A DNA stretch of 63,956 bases, the filler included, from Octopus bimaculoides (lineage: Eukaryota): assembly GCF_001194135.2 (NCBI RefSeq). It is 6 parts of 6 records of this genome, joined end to end, with 100 filler letters (N's around TTAATTAATTAA, not from the genome) between each part and the next. Parts side by side here need not be neighbours in the genome. Positions count along the whole stretch, not along the records: positions 17,938 to 39,292 come from NC_068996.1; 5 more parts are not named here. One strand, 5' to 3'. This document shows, one piece after another, positions 23,781-35,066 of this stretch. Position 1 is the stretch's first letter. Every line of letters begins with the position of its first letter. The notes beneath the pieces are model-generated. The model was not told the DNA's origin. It made no database searches and saw nothing but the letters and a program-made list of their open reading frames with translations. A program made the position numbers and the translations under genes.

Positions 23781-24467
23781 AAGAGTGGAAGGCACCACTA
23801 TCATTCTATTTTTATAATTCCCCACATTTGATGTCCATCTTTGTAATGGGCACCTCATCTGTCACCCTGGTGGCAAGTAAAAGAAATCATCATCATTATT
23901 GTTGTTGTTATTGTTGTTATTATTTGGCAAGATCAGACCTGCCCTGAGCAATGCTTATAATTGGAGAAGAGGAAATGAGAAAAGGCACCTCAGAAATCAG
24001 AACACCCGTAGTTTTATACAATTTTTTCAAAGAGCAGCCTTGTCTTCTCTATATTAAGGATTATACATCATTGAAATGTTTTATTTTGTTTTGTTTTTAT
24101 GTTAAACCTTTTTACACACAAAACCCTTACAACAACACACAATCACACATATTCTTTGTTTTGTCCTGTAATGTCCATAATGTTTTTCTTAATGTAAGCT
24201 CTTTGTTGTCAACAAAGAAAATTATTATTATTATTATTATTATTAAATTCAAATTACAATGAATGTAAACAAACAAACAAAGTTTGCTATTAAGTGAAAT
24301 CGAAATTGAGTTAAATTGTACACTAAACTCCGCTTGCAAAGACCTGTTGAGGCAAGTGAAATCGAAATCGAGTTAAATTCNNNNNNNNNNNNNNNNNNNN
24401 NNNNNNNNNNNNNNNNNNNNNNNNNNNNNNNNNNNNNNNNNNNNNNNNNNNNNNNNNNNNNNNNNNN

Positions 24468-24811
24468 CTGTGCCGAGCGTCGCCTTTCTGGCACTTGTGC
24501 CCGTGGCATGTGTAAGGACTTTTGAGCGAGATCGTTGCAAGTGCCCCTGGACTGGCTTTTGTGCGGGTGGCACATAAAATACACCATTTTGAGCGTGACC
24601 GTTGCTAGTACCGCCTGACTGGCCTTCGTGCTAGTGACACGTAAAAGCACCTACTACACTCTCTGAGTGGTTGGTGTTAGGAAGGGCATCCAGCTGTAGA
24701 AACTCTGCCAAATCAGATAGGAGCTTGGTGTAGCCATCTGGTTTCACCAGTCCTCAGTCAAATCGTCCAACCCATGCTAACATAGAAAGCAGACGTTAAA
24801 CGACGATGATG
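24468..24811 (+). mobile_element. Family D repeat, long CpG-retaining copy
   Basis: ...GTGGTTGGTGTTAGGAAGGGCATCCAGCTGTAGAAACTCTGCC...CCAACCCATGCTAACATAGAAAGCAGACGTTAAACGACGATGATG. Confidence 0.8.
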
Positions 24812-24865
<54 letters not shown>

Positions 24866-24881
24866 GTCATCATTATTATTA

Positions 24882-25612
24882 TTGAATGAGAGAGCAGTGC
24901 ATGTCATCACAGTGACACTGGGGTAAAATATAAGAAGCTCAGTATACCCATCATGACTACCCATCTGATAAGGGTACACCAGGCACATGCATCACAACCA
25001 TATGTGCATGACATGGTGATCTCATATCAAGATAAACAGCGCATGACCTTGCAGTTGGGGCTCGGAATTTTCTTCACATCAAGTAGCTGATCCCACTCAA
25101 AAGGTTCCTGAATAAGGGTTGTTTAAGGATTTCCAGGGTTGAATTATTCAAACCCCAAAGAATTCCTTTCAACACTTGGCTATGATGTTCCCCCACTACT
25201 TCTGCTCATGATCAGCCACTTAGGGACATGTTAAACTGGTTAAGTTCAAACAACTGACAAACAAATTGGTGACCGGTAATAAAGCCACAGGAAAAAAAGG
25301 TCACAGTAATAAAGTCACAATTTTGGCTAAGAAGAAAAAGTCACAATTAATTTATGGGATTTGGACAAAACCCCCCTAGGACAAAACCCCTTGGACACCA
25401 CCATCTCCTGGACAAAACCCCTGTGACTTTATTACCATGCCTTTTTTACCTGTGACTTTATTTTTACCTGGATTTTGCAAATCTGTGGCATTGAGCAGAA
25501 TATTTGCTGTAGCCCATCTTTTATGGCAAGACAAAACAATGTACATGATAACACTTCCAATTAGTTAAGATCAAAAACCATGAGAGCCACTGCCTGGTAC
25601 TGCATCAGGGCA
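24882..25612 (-). mobile_element. Family E element (~560 bp, TAA-microsatellite flanked), interrupted by a Mutator-like insertion
   Basis: Reverse complement of 38491-39050 along its length, apart from the 25269-25475 insert. Confidence 0.8.
25269..25475 (+). mobile_element. Non-autonomous Mutator-like element nested in family E
   Basis: GTGACCGGTAATAAAG...TTTTTACCTGGATT; flanks resemble a decayed duplication of (A)GCAAATCTG. Confidence 0.7.
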
Positions 25613-25667
25613 GTTATTATCATTACCATTATTACCTCCGCCAAAGAAGAAGGTTATGTTTTCATCA

Positions 25668-26323
25668 TCATCATTGGTGGGTAACGAAGCTGGCGTGGGT
25701 GGGGCTTTGATCAATTTAGATCAGTCTAAAGCCTTCGATAGGGTTGACCATCGATACCTGGCAGCTGTTCTCAAGGCAGCTAGCTTCGGTCCGGTCTTCC
25801 GCGGGTGGATAGCTGCTTTATACAGCGGCATCTGCTCGGTCATACGGGTGAACGGCCATCTATCAGAACCATTCAACATCTCGCGTTCGGTTCGCCAAGG
25901 ATGTCCTCTCTCCTCCCTTCTGTATGTGTTGACTCTTGCGCCATTACTGCGGAAGCTGGAGACTTTGAGGGGTGTCCCGCGGGATCTGGGATGTGGGAGG
26001 AGCGTGTCTGCCTATGCCGACGACGTCACCATGATGGTGTCGAGCCACAGGCATATTGACCTGATTGGCGAGACACTAAACGAGTATGAAGCGGTGACAG
26101 GTGCGAAAATTAACGCGGAAAAGTCAGTGGGCTTGCAACTAGGCACCTGGAGGGGCAAGTCCATGCCATCCAACAGCGTCGTAGGGTGCTGGACAGACAG
26201 ACCCGTTAAACTGCTCGGGGTCTGGTTCGGTCCAGACCTCCAGTTGGAGAAAAACTGGGAAGAAGTGACAAAAAGGGTGGCTAACCTCACCCAGAAATGG
26301 GCTGAGAGGAAGCTCTCCTTGAA
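25668..26323 (+). mobile_element. L1/Tx1-like reverse transcriptase core fragment (open frame)
   Basis: LDQSKAFDRVDH, SVRQGCPLS, AYADD (26013-26024), KIN..KS, VKLLGVWF; CpG intact; runs into a gap. Confidence 0.95.
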
Positions 26324-27125
26324 NNNNNNNNNNNNNNNNNNNNNNNNNNNNNNNNNNNNNNNNNNNNNNNNNNNNNNNNNNNNNNNNNNNNNNNNNNNNN
26401 NNNNNNNNNNNNNNNNNNNNNNNATTATTGTTACTATTATTACTATTATATAAACTATGTTATTTATCATGTGTAGATAGGAAAGGAAAATCTAGAGAGC
26501 GCTCTTAAATAGTTGTTCAATATGATAGAAAGAAGACAGGTCTTAAAATCACACTCTGTCAGCTTTAAAATAAAAGAAACATATAACAATATATCTTAGA
26601 TATACAATGTCTAAATAAAAGAAACGATGGTCATTGCAGAAACGTCTTTGATGAACTCCACTGGTTCAGAGCTGAACTGGAGCTAAGATACAAATAAAAT
26701 TTATTTACGGGTTACCGTAACCTAATTTGTTAAAAAAAAAAATCATTCTTTATGAAATATATACTTATTATTTAATTAAATGAGACTGGTTGCACTATTT
26801 ATTTTCATATTCAAATTAATGAGAGATTTTAAAATATATAAATAAAAGGTTTAAAAATTTAATATTATGGTCCAATACAGTTCGACTATAGTTGTTACTG
26901 TTGTGCTTGAACCATAAACCAACCCCTGTCTAACACAACTATTAACAAAACTGTTCCAACACCAACCATACTATCTTCCTTTCTGACGTAATATATCTAG
27001 GACTACATGAACCAGTTTTACCTTCCTCCCTTACGATGTCATTGAAGATTTGTTTCTTATTTCTAGCAACTTAAGCGACAACATATGACTTCTGTCATTT
27101 GGAATTCCTTCACAATTGTTTAAAT

Positions 27126-27465
27126 CAATGGTTCTCAACCATTTTTTACTTATAGATCCATCTAACAACTATTTTATTCGGGTGGACCCTATAGCCATTC
27201 AATGTTTACAAACTAATTTTTCTTTCAAAATTCCTATTTTCTTTTTCCCATGTTCTTTTGTGTGGGTTTGCACTCTCTTAGTGAACATGTTCAGTGACCA
27301 GAAACATGTTGAAATATGTAAAATGTAAGAGAAAGAAACCTAACTGTTTCTTGCAATAAATACATCTAAGTCAAAATGTTTTTCATGGAACCTTGAAATA
27401 AAAGCAAGGCTTCCCAATTTCTTATTTTGCAAAAATTTTATATGGACCCTGTTTGAGAATCACTG
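27126..27465. mobile_element. hAT (Charlie-like) MITE, 340 bp
   Basis: TIRs CAATGGTTCTCAACC / GTTTGAGAATCACTG; perfect 8-bp TSD GTTTAAAT at 27118-27125 and 27466-27473. Confidence 0.92.
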
Positions 27466-27982
27466 GTTTAAATGTATTTGCAGTTTTGAAAGTAATAATG
27501 CAATACATGAACCTAAAGACTCGGTCTTCAACAGTATTAGAATTTCTCACATTAGCATAAAATCACAGATATTTTGTGGCGAGGATATTATCAATGTTAT
27601 TCATCCTAGAATATCACCTGTTTGTTTAATCAAAGCAACACACCTTGACCCTTGTCCTGAGTGACTGAGTCAGTCATTCAAGCTGCAAGAAATAGCAGCA
27701 AAATCTCTGTCAAATATTACTCTACCATTTTAATAAATCAAAAGAACACATTAGATAATGTTGTCTTTGAATTTGTGTAAGAGACAGGATTGCCACAACT
27801 GGATTTCCTGTTGTTATTATTCTGTTTGATCAAAACAACAACAACAAAACCTGACTCTGAATATACAGTAATTCATTGGTGCACCATCTTTTCTATGACA
27901 GATTTTAGTAACAAATATACTTCACCTCTGACCTAAGAATAGTGCTGCGGGTGACCTATATATCATTCCACAAAATATGTAA

Positions 27983-28310
27983 AGGTGCATGGCTCAGTGG
28001 TTAGAATGTTAGGCTCACAACCATGAGGTAATGAGTTTGATTCCTGCACTGGGTTGTGTATTGTGTTCTTGAGCAAGACACTTTATTTCATGTTGTTTCA
28101 GTTCAATCAGTGGCAGAAATGGGTTGTGACATCACTGGTGCCAAGCTGTATCAGCCTTTACCTTTCCCTAGGATAACATTGGGAGACTGATATGCATGAG
28201 TTACTGCTGGTCTTTCATAAACAACCTTACTCAGACTTGTGCCTTGAAGGGGAACTTTCTAGCTGCAATAACATGGTCGTTCATGACCGAAGGGGCTCTT
28301 TACCCTTTAC
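27983..28310 (+). mobile_element. SINE family C (CpG-decayed)
   Basis: GGTGCATGGCTCAGTGGTTAG...GAGTTTGATTCC...TGTTCTTGAGCAAGACAC. Confidence 0.75.
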
Positions 28311-28816
28311 CCTGAATGTCTCACAACACACCTGACACATCAGAGCCCACAATATAGGATCCGCCATACAGTTGTCACTCTACATATTAGAAATACCGAC
28401 CATATTTCCTTCTAGCTTCAAAAAATAAAGAATACATTCAAGCTACATTCAGGGATGCAGTCAGCAAAGAGTTGATAATGAGTTCAGTGAGGAATTTAGC
28501 ATGCTTTCTTCAAGGTTCAAATCTCAGCCCTGCCTTATTGTAGTTCTCCAAGCAATACCAGAAGAATTTAAGGCCAACTGTCCATTGGGGCTCCAATATG
28601 TCAATGAAGTAGTATTTAAAGAAGAATCTGTGAAATACTTGTAAAAGAAATTCCAGACAGACACAGCAGCAAAATCTAGAATTGGGAGGCCTCAAAATGA
28701 ACTTAGTAAAGACTTTGCTTTAACCCTCATGGGACACCCAAGCTGAAAGCTAAAAAGACTTTGAGGTCGAACCATCAGCCTGATGAAACAAATGTTGTGA
28801 ATGGTTCATATTGAAG

Positions 28817-29230
28817 TGTAATAACCCAATCAGAGATCATCTTTCAATACGCTCCCGTACATTAAATTTCTTGAAGAAGACAACGGAACGCAGGCTCTAA
28901 ACTATCAACACAACAATATTTATTACAATAGAATTCTGCTCACACTAGGAGGGAATCCGGCAGCACTTCGCCCTTTGGTTACTGAGACGCCGTCAATGAA
29001 GTTGCGTGGTTATCTGTGTAGCTCCAGTGTTGGGTTGTCGGAGAGCGGCTGCTGCGACGTCTAGGCTCTTCGAAGGCCAGCGAGCAAAGAGAGCGAAATC
29101 CGCGCGAACGCTTGGATATGGATGACTACGCATGAGCATGAGACTCTTCCTGTATTCCCTCCGGAACTAGTCCCTGCGCATGCGTGGATAAACTCTCCGG
29201 AAATGGCGTCTGCTATTAGACGCCACAACA
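28817..29230 (-). mobile_element. Candidate solo LTR (Gypsy-like), ~414 bp
   Basis: Minus strand begins TGTTGTG and ends GGGTTATTACA; AATAAA at plus 28919-28924; CT-rich segment; CpG-rich relative to flanks. No TSD found. Confidence 0.5.
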
Positions 29231-30039
29231 ATTTTTTGTTTGTTTTTTTCACAGAAACGTTTATGCTTATTATTTTATTTATTTACATGTAATGTATTGT
29301 TTTAGGTTTTCTTATTGTGGTAGATATATTGTACTGCTTATAAGTTTTCATAATATAAATAATTTTGCATCATTTTCAATCTCAACAGAAACTACACATA
29401 CCAAAACACTTTGTGTCTCAAAAGAGTTATGTGAGTCGGAAAGAAAGACTCTGCAGCCATCGGGGAAATGACAATGCTTGATATACAGAAGAGGAGTAGG
29501 TAGAAAGTCCTATATAAATCTTTACTGGAACACAGACAGGCTAACTGTAAATAAATACTTGTAGGTGGTAGATGTACAGGAGGAATAAGCAGTCAGAACA
29601 TGATTAAAATAACTTCTTTACTATGTTTGGAAGAAGCTATAGAAATGGTTGAGAGCTTCTGTTGAGGAACCTTAAGAGAGATTTGAAAGGGCAGAACAAA
29701 ACTACATTGAAAGATCATTTCATAGTTCAAAACTTCAAAGTTAAAGGGTGGTGATTTTTTCTTTATTTTAGGGAGGAGTACAGTAGACAATCACTGGTAT
29801 ATCTTTGGTTTTCCAAGCACTGGACCAATGTATTGGTTGAGCTGCTTACAGGTTCTGCTTTTGTTACCTGGGCAACGTATTAGCAGTTAAGGAGGGTGCT
29901 CTGAAAGTATCAAAGCCAGAATAAAGAGAGGGTAGGAAAAGTTCAAGGAGTTGTTACCTCTGCTGACAACAGAAGATTTCTCTCTTCAAGTACAAGAGTA
30001 GATTCTATGTTGCTAGTGTATGAAATATACTGCTTAGTA

Positions 30040-30270
30040 GTTGATAGAAATTTATGTTCGTTGGATCACGTACACAGAATGGACAACAACAGACTCCTCA
30101 GACAAATCCTTTACTCACAACTATGCAAGGGGAACAGAAACCAAGGAAGACCTAGACTGAAATTCAATGATATTATGAAAAAGAAGAGGAAGTGGAAAGG
30201 AATTGATTGTTATAAATGGCAAAACCAAGTGAGAAAGCAACCAAAATGGAGAAAGCTTATCAAGTCATGC
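30040..30270 (+). mobile_element. RTE-clade LINE ORF C-terminal fragment
   Basis: DHVHRMDNNRLLRQILYSQLCKGNRNQGRPRLKFND...KWRKLI matches the RTE GHV.RM...R.P...L.....G.R..GRP pattern. Confidence 0.85.
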
Positions 30271-31079
30271 CAAAGCCATGAATAGTCATAGTTGTGATGA
30301 CTGACTGCAAATAAAGTAGTGAGATATGGCATTGAATGTAGAAGATGGGCAGAGGTTGGAGAGAAATGAAGCATGCTGCACTGGATATGTAATGATAGAA
30401 TGCATGAATAATGTGATGACACATATGTCCTTGAAATAAACAAGGTATAATAGGAATCAATTGTAGTGTGGTAGAGGGGATATTGTGAAGGTATGAACAT
30501 GTGATGTGCATGGATGATACTATTTGAGCAAAGAAGGACCAGGATATCGGAATGGAAAAAGAAGACCAAAGAAAAGATGGCAGAAGTGGTGAAAGCTGAT
30601 TTCAGAATGCCAAAACCTCACAGACAAAACTGGGAGTTACATATAAGGAAAGATATGATCAGGGAGGGAATTGTAGAAAACTGGTGTTTTTAGAAGGAAG
30701 AATTGGGCATAGAGATTAGTGCAGGGCCTGGTGGGTGGGATCAGACACAAGTATCATGGAAGGAAGATAGATGAATGGATTGAGGAAGTCTGATTGGAGG
30801 TGGCATAAACCAGCTCCCAGGAATGAAATCCATTAGAGTATCAGTAGAAAAAGCAGTGAGAGGAGACAGTACACCTGTGGACCAGAGTTTGAATTATGTC
30901 TGAGAATGACTTTATGCCAATCAGGTGGGTAGACCATTTCTGAAGTGAAGGGTAGCAGCATACCAGACAAATGCTTTGTGGCTTTTTGTCGGTAGCAAAG
31001 ATTGACCTGCCTGGAGCTGAAGTATGAGAAAAGTATGAGAAAAGAAGGAAAAGACATGCAGAAAAAGTTTTTTCTGTAC

Positions 31080-31230
31080 AGGCATGGCTGTGTGGTAAGG
31101 AATTTGCTTCCCAACCACATAGTTCCGGATTCAGTCCTACTATATGGCACTTTAGGCAAGTTTCTTCCACTATTGTCTTGGGCCAATCAAAGCCTTGTGA
31201 GTAGATTTGGTAGCTGGAAACTAACTTTGT
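31080..31230 (+). mobile_element. SINE family A head
   Basis: GGCATGGCTGTGTGGTAAGGAATTTGCTTCCCAACCAC...GATTTGGTAG. Confidence 0.8.
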
Positions 31231-31271
31231 ATATATATATATATATATATATATACTATTTTATTACTATT

Positions 31272-31670
31272 TTACTTGTTTCAGTCATTTGACTGCGGCC
31301 ATGCTGGAGCACCGCCTTTAGTCGAGAAAATCGACCCCAGGACTTATTCTTTGGAAGCCTGGTACTTATTCTATCGGTCTCTTTTTGCCGAACCGCTAAG
31401 TTATGGGAACATAAACNNNNNNNNNNNNNNNNNNNNNNNNNNNNNNNNNNNNNNNNNNNNNNNNNNNNNNNNNNNNNNNNNNNCACATATATATATATAT
31501 ATATACATACATATATACAACGGGCTTCTTTCAGTTTCCGTCTACCAAATCCACTCACAAGGCTTTGGTCGGTCCGAGGCTATAGTAGAAGACACTTGCC
31601 CAAGGTGCCATGCAGTGGGACTGAACCCGGAACCATGTGGTTGGTAAGCAAGCTACTTACCACACAGCCA
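31272..31670 (-). mobile_element. SINE family A, near full length, young
   Basis: Reverse of the 1904 family, with most CpGs retained. Confidence 0.85.
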
Positions 31671-32049
31671 TATGTGAATGTTCAACATAACGGATTTAGA
31701 ATTTTTCATCAGTGATTCATGCTGATGGAGGTTGAGGCCCAAGGGCCAGAACCCAAAACCATGATACATGAATATCTGAACGACAAAATCTTTATTGATA
31801 TGTTTTTCATTGTTCAATTCTTTAACCGTTTGCTTGCTTACAATTGTCTCTGTCATATTTCAGTGATTTCAGTGGTAGATTTGGGATTTTGACTCCTATT
31901 TCTAAACAGGTTGATGCCTTGTGCATCCTTAAGCTTAGTGCTAATTTTTAATTTTATATATATATATATATATGTGTATGTATGTATGTATGTATGTATG
32001 TATGCATGTATGTATGTATGTATGTGTGTGTGTATGTATGTGTCTTCCT

Positions 32050-32255
32050 GTCTGCATTTTTCATCCCACCTCCACTAATGCTGGTGTGTTTGTATCCCCA
32101 TAACTTAGTGGTTCAGCAAAACAGACTGATAGAATTAGTACCGGGCTTAAAAAATAAATACTGAGGTTGATTCATTTCACTAAAAATTTTTCAAGGCGGT
32201 GTCCCAGCATGGTTGCAGTCTAACGATTGAAACAAGTACAAGATGAAAGATTAAA
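32050..32255 (+). mobile_element. SINE family A tail
   Basis: GCTGGTGTGTTTGTATCCCCATAACTTAG...CAGCATGGTTGCAGTCTAACGATTGAAACAAG. Confidence 0.7.
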
Positions 32256-33952
32256 GTATGAGAAAAAAGGGTCCATGCAGGACAATTTTTATTTGCTATA
32301 CAGGAACTACATTGTAACTCACATTTTATAAAGAAAGGTTGGGTAGTCTGTATGGACACTTAAGATATGAGGTGAATAGAAATAATTGGTAGCAGAACCA
32401 GGATTGGGGATGGATGAAGGTTGCAAAAGTGTATGGGAAAGTGAGAGACAGGGAATGGTAAGGAGAATTGTTATCATTGTATTGAAGTTACATCATTGTA
32501 ATTGTCATTGTCATCGTCATCATTTAGCATCCATATTCCATGTTAGCATGGGCTGGACATTTAAGAGGTTCCAACTAACCTAAGGGCGGCATTGGTCTTC
32601 AGCATTTGTTTCCACAAGGTTTCTAACCTGTTGTGATTTTAGTTTTGATCATGTGATTTTGATTGTCTTGATTGCTGTTATATGCCTGCAGTATGACTGC
32701 ATAGAGTTCTGTTATGTTTGTGGCACAATGTGTTCAGTGTTGGTTTTAGTTAGTCAAGACTGTAGCAACTCACTGCATAAAACTGTTATTGCATTGAAGT
32801 TTGGTTTTGATTATAATTTAGCAATCTTTGTTTGTATTGTAGATTGCTGTATTTTTCGTCGATTAAAACCTTTTAAACTTTGATATTCGAGTTTGGGTTT
32901 ATAACATAACCAACTACCTTACAGAGTGTAATGGGTGGCTTTTTTTGTGGCACCAGTGATAGCAAGTATCACCAAGTGACTCACAAGACATGACTCCTTG
33001 ACTGAGTTGGAAGGTAGCATTGTATCATGTGTAGAGAGGTTAAAAAAGGGAGGCAAGATAGGAACAGGTGACTTGATGTAGAAGAGATGCATGGATGCAC
33101 CAACAGGAAAAGAAGAATGGGTGGTGTTCTCTGAACAGAGAAAGGATAGGGGCAGAGAAATGTGGATGACTGGGTGGACAGATAGGAAAGTTTGTGGGAG
33201 TGGGAAACGAGAGTGACAGACAGTAGTGATGAGGACAAAAATGAAAACAGTGAATCTGGAACATGGATGGATGCATGGGCAATGGTGAATCTCAGTTTCG
33301 GAGGTGCAACTGATCAAAGCACTTAAGTGTTGAATTGACGTTTTTCTTTTTTCTTTTTTCTTCTCTTTTTCTGTTCATGATTGTGTTTTATTCCATTTTA
33401 GATTTGTATTTCAGTGTGGAATATTATGTAATTAAGTGCGTTGTATCAATTACGTAAAATTAAATATTTTCCCATTTAAAAAAACGAAAAACAAAAAGAA
33501 ATTAGGAGTAAATCATATAGGATGTAACTATTATAAGTGGTAATGAGTGATTTAAAATGTAATTTGCTTTACTTGATTATTTCGGCTATTAATTAGGGTA
33601 TTTAAATCGAATGTGAATTTTTTTCCAAACGAAAACTTTTCTCCTGTAATTTCATTTCAATTCCCCCACAGTAAATCTGTAAATAATTTGATTTAATAGG
33701 TTACGACGACCTATTTATAATTACCTCCCTTATTTATAATTATCTCCCTTCCGTTTTTGCTTCAATCAGTCAATGAATTGATAAATAGAATAAATAAAAT
33801 AAATAATTCTAAGAAATTAAATTTCATGATATAGTTATAAATTAAACTACGTGGAAAACAAGATTAGCATCGTATATGAAATAAAATATAAAGAAGTGGT
33901 TCATTTACCTGAGGTTAATTGCATTAACAACAATGTTAATGTAGAAAAATTG

Positions 33953-34110
33953 GTGATGGTAATAAAGTCACAGAAAAAAAATGTCACAGTAAGAAAGTCA
34001 CAGTTTGGGATAGGAAAAAGTCACCATTGATTTATGGGACCTGGACAAAACCCCCATAGCACAAAACTACCTCAGAAAAAACTGCTCTGAACAAAACACT
34101 GACTTTTATA
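33953..34110 (+). mobile_element. Mutator-like element, truncated copy
   Basis: GTGATGGTAATAAAGTCACAG...ATTTATGGGACCTGGACAAAACCCC. Confidence 0.65.
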
Positions 34111-34162
34111 AAAAAAAAACAAAAAAAAACAGCCAAACTAATTATTTGCATTAGAATATAGA

Positions 34163-34218
<56 letters not shown>

Positions 34219-34404
34219 AAAGGCTTGAAATTTTAGTACAGGGCATTTAATGCTTGTTGTCCATACTGGTATGAGTTGGATAGTTTGACCAGAGCTGGAA
34301 AGCTGAGGGGCTACACCAGATTCCAGTCTGATTTGGTATGGTTTCTACAGCTGGATGTCCTTCCTAATGCCAACCACTCCGCGAGTGTAGTGGGTGCTTT
34401 TATG

Positions 34405-34591
34405 GAATCCAGGTAAAAAAAAAAAAAGTCACAGGTAAAAAAATCACAGGGAAAAAAAAATCACTGAAAAAAAGTCACAGGAAAAAAAGTCACAAGGGTT
34501 TTATCCAAGTGAGTTTTGTCCTATGGGGGGGTTTTGTCTGGATCCCATAAATTAATTATGACTTTTTTCCTGTGAATTTATTACTGGTCAC
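34405..34591 (-). mobile_element. Mutator-like non-autonomous element with 10-bp TSD, inserted in a family D repeat
   Basis: TGCTTTTATG at 34395-34404 and 34592-34601; removing the insert restores GGGTGCTTTTATGTGCC of family D. Confidence 0.85.
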
Positions 34592-34997
34592 TGCTTTTAT
34601 GTGCCACTGGCATGGGTGTCAGTTGTGCGACACAAGAATCTGTCATGAGTACAATTGCACTTGGCTTGATGGGTCTTCTACACAAGCACGGCATATTGCT
34701 GAAGGTCTCAGTCATTTGTCATTGCCTCTGTGAGGCCCAACACTTGAAAGGTGCTTTTTACATGCCACTGACATAGGTGCTAGCTACGTGACACCAGTAT
34801 TGGTCACATTACCTCCTTGAGGCCCAATGCTTGAAAGGTGCTTTTTACATGCCACCAGCATCAGCCATGATTTCATTTAGCTTGACAGATCTTCTCAAGC
34901 ATGGCATATCGCCAAAAGTCTCAGTCACTAGTCATTGCCTCCAACCCATGCTAGCATGGAAAGCAGACGTTAAATGACGATGATGATGATGATGATG

Positions 34998-35036
<39 letters not shown>

Positions 35037-35066
35037 AATAATAATAAATATTAATAATAATAATAA

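Noticed and set aside
28770-28810. CTGATGA within a GAACCAT/ATGGTTC stem as a hammerhead
   Set aside because: GAAA is incomplete and stem I is missing.
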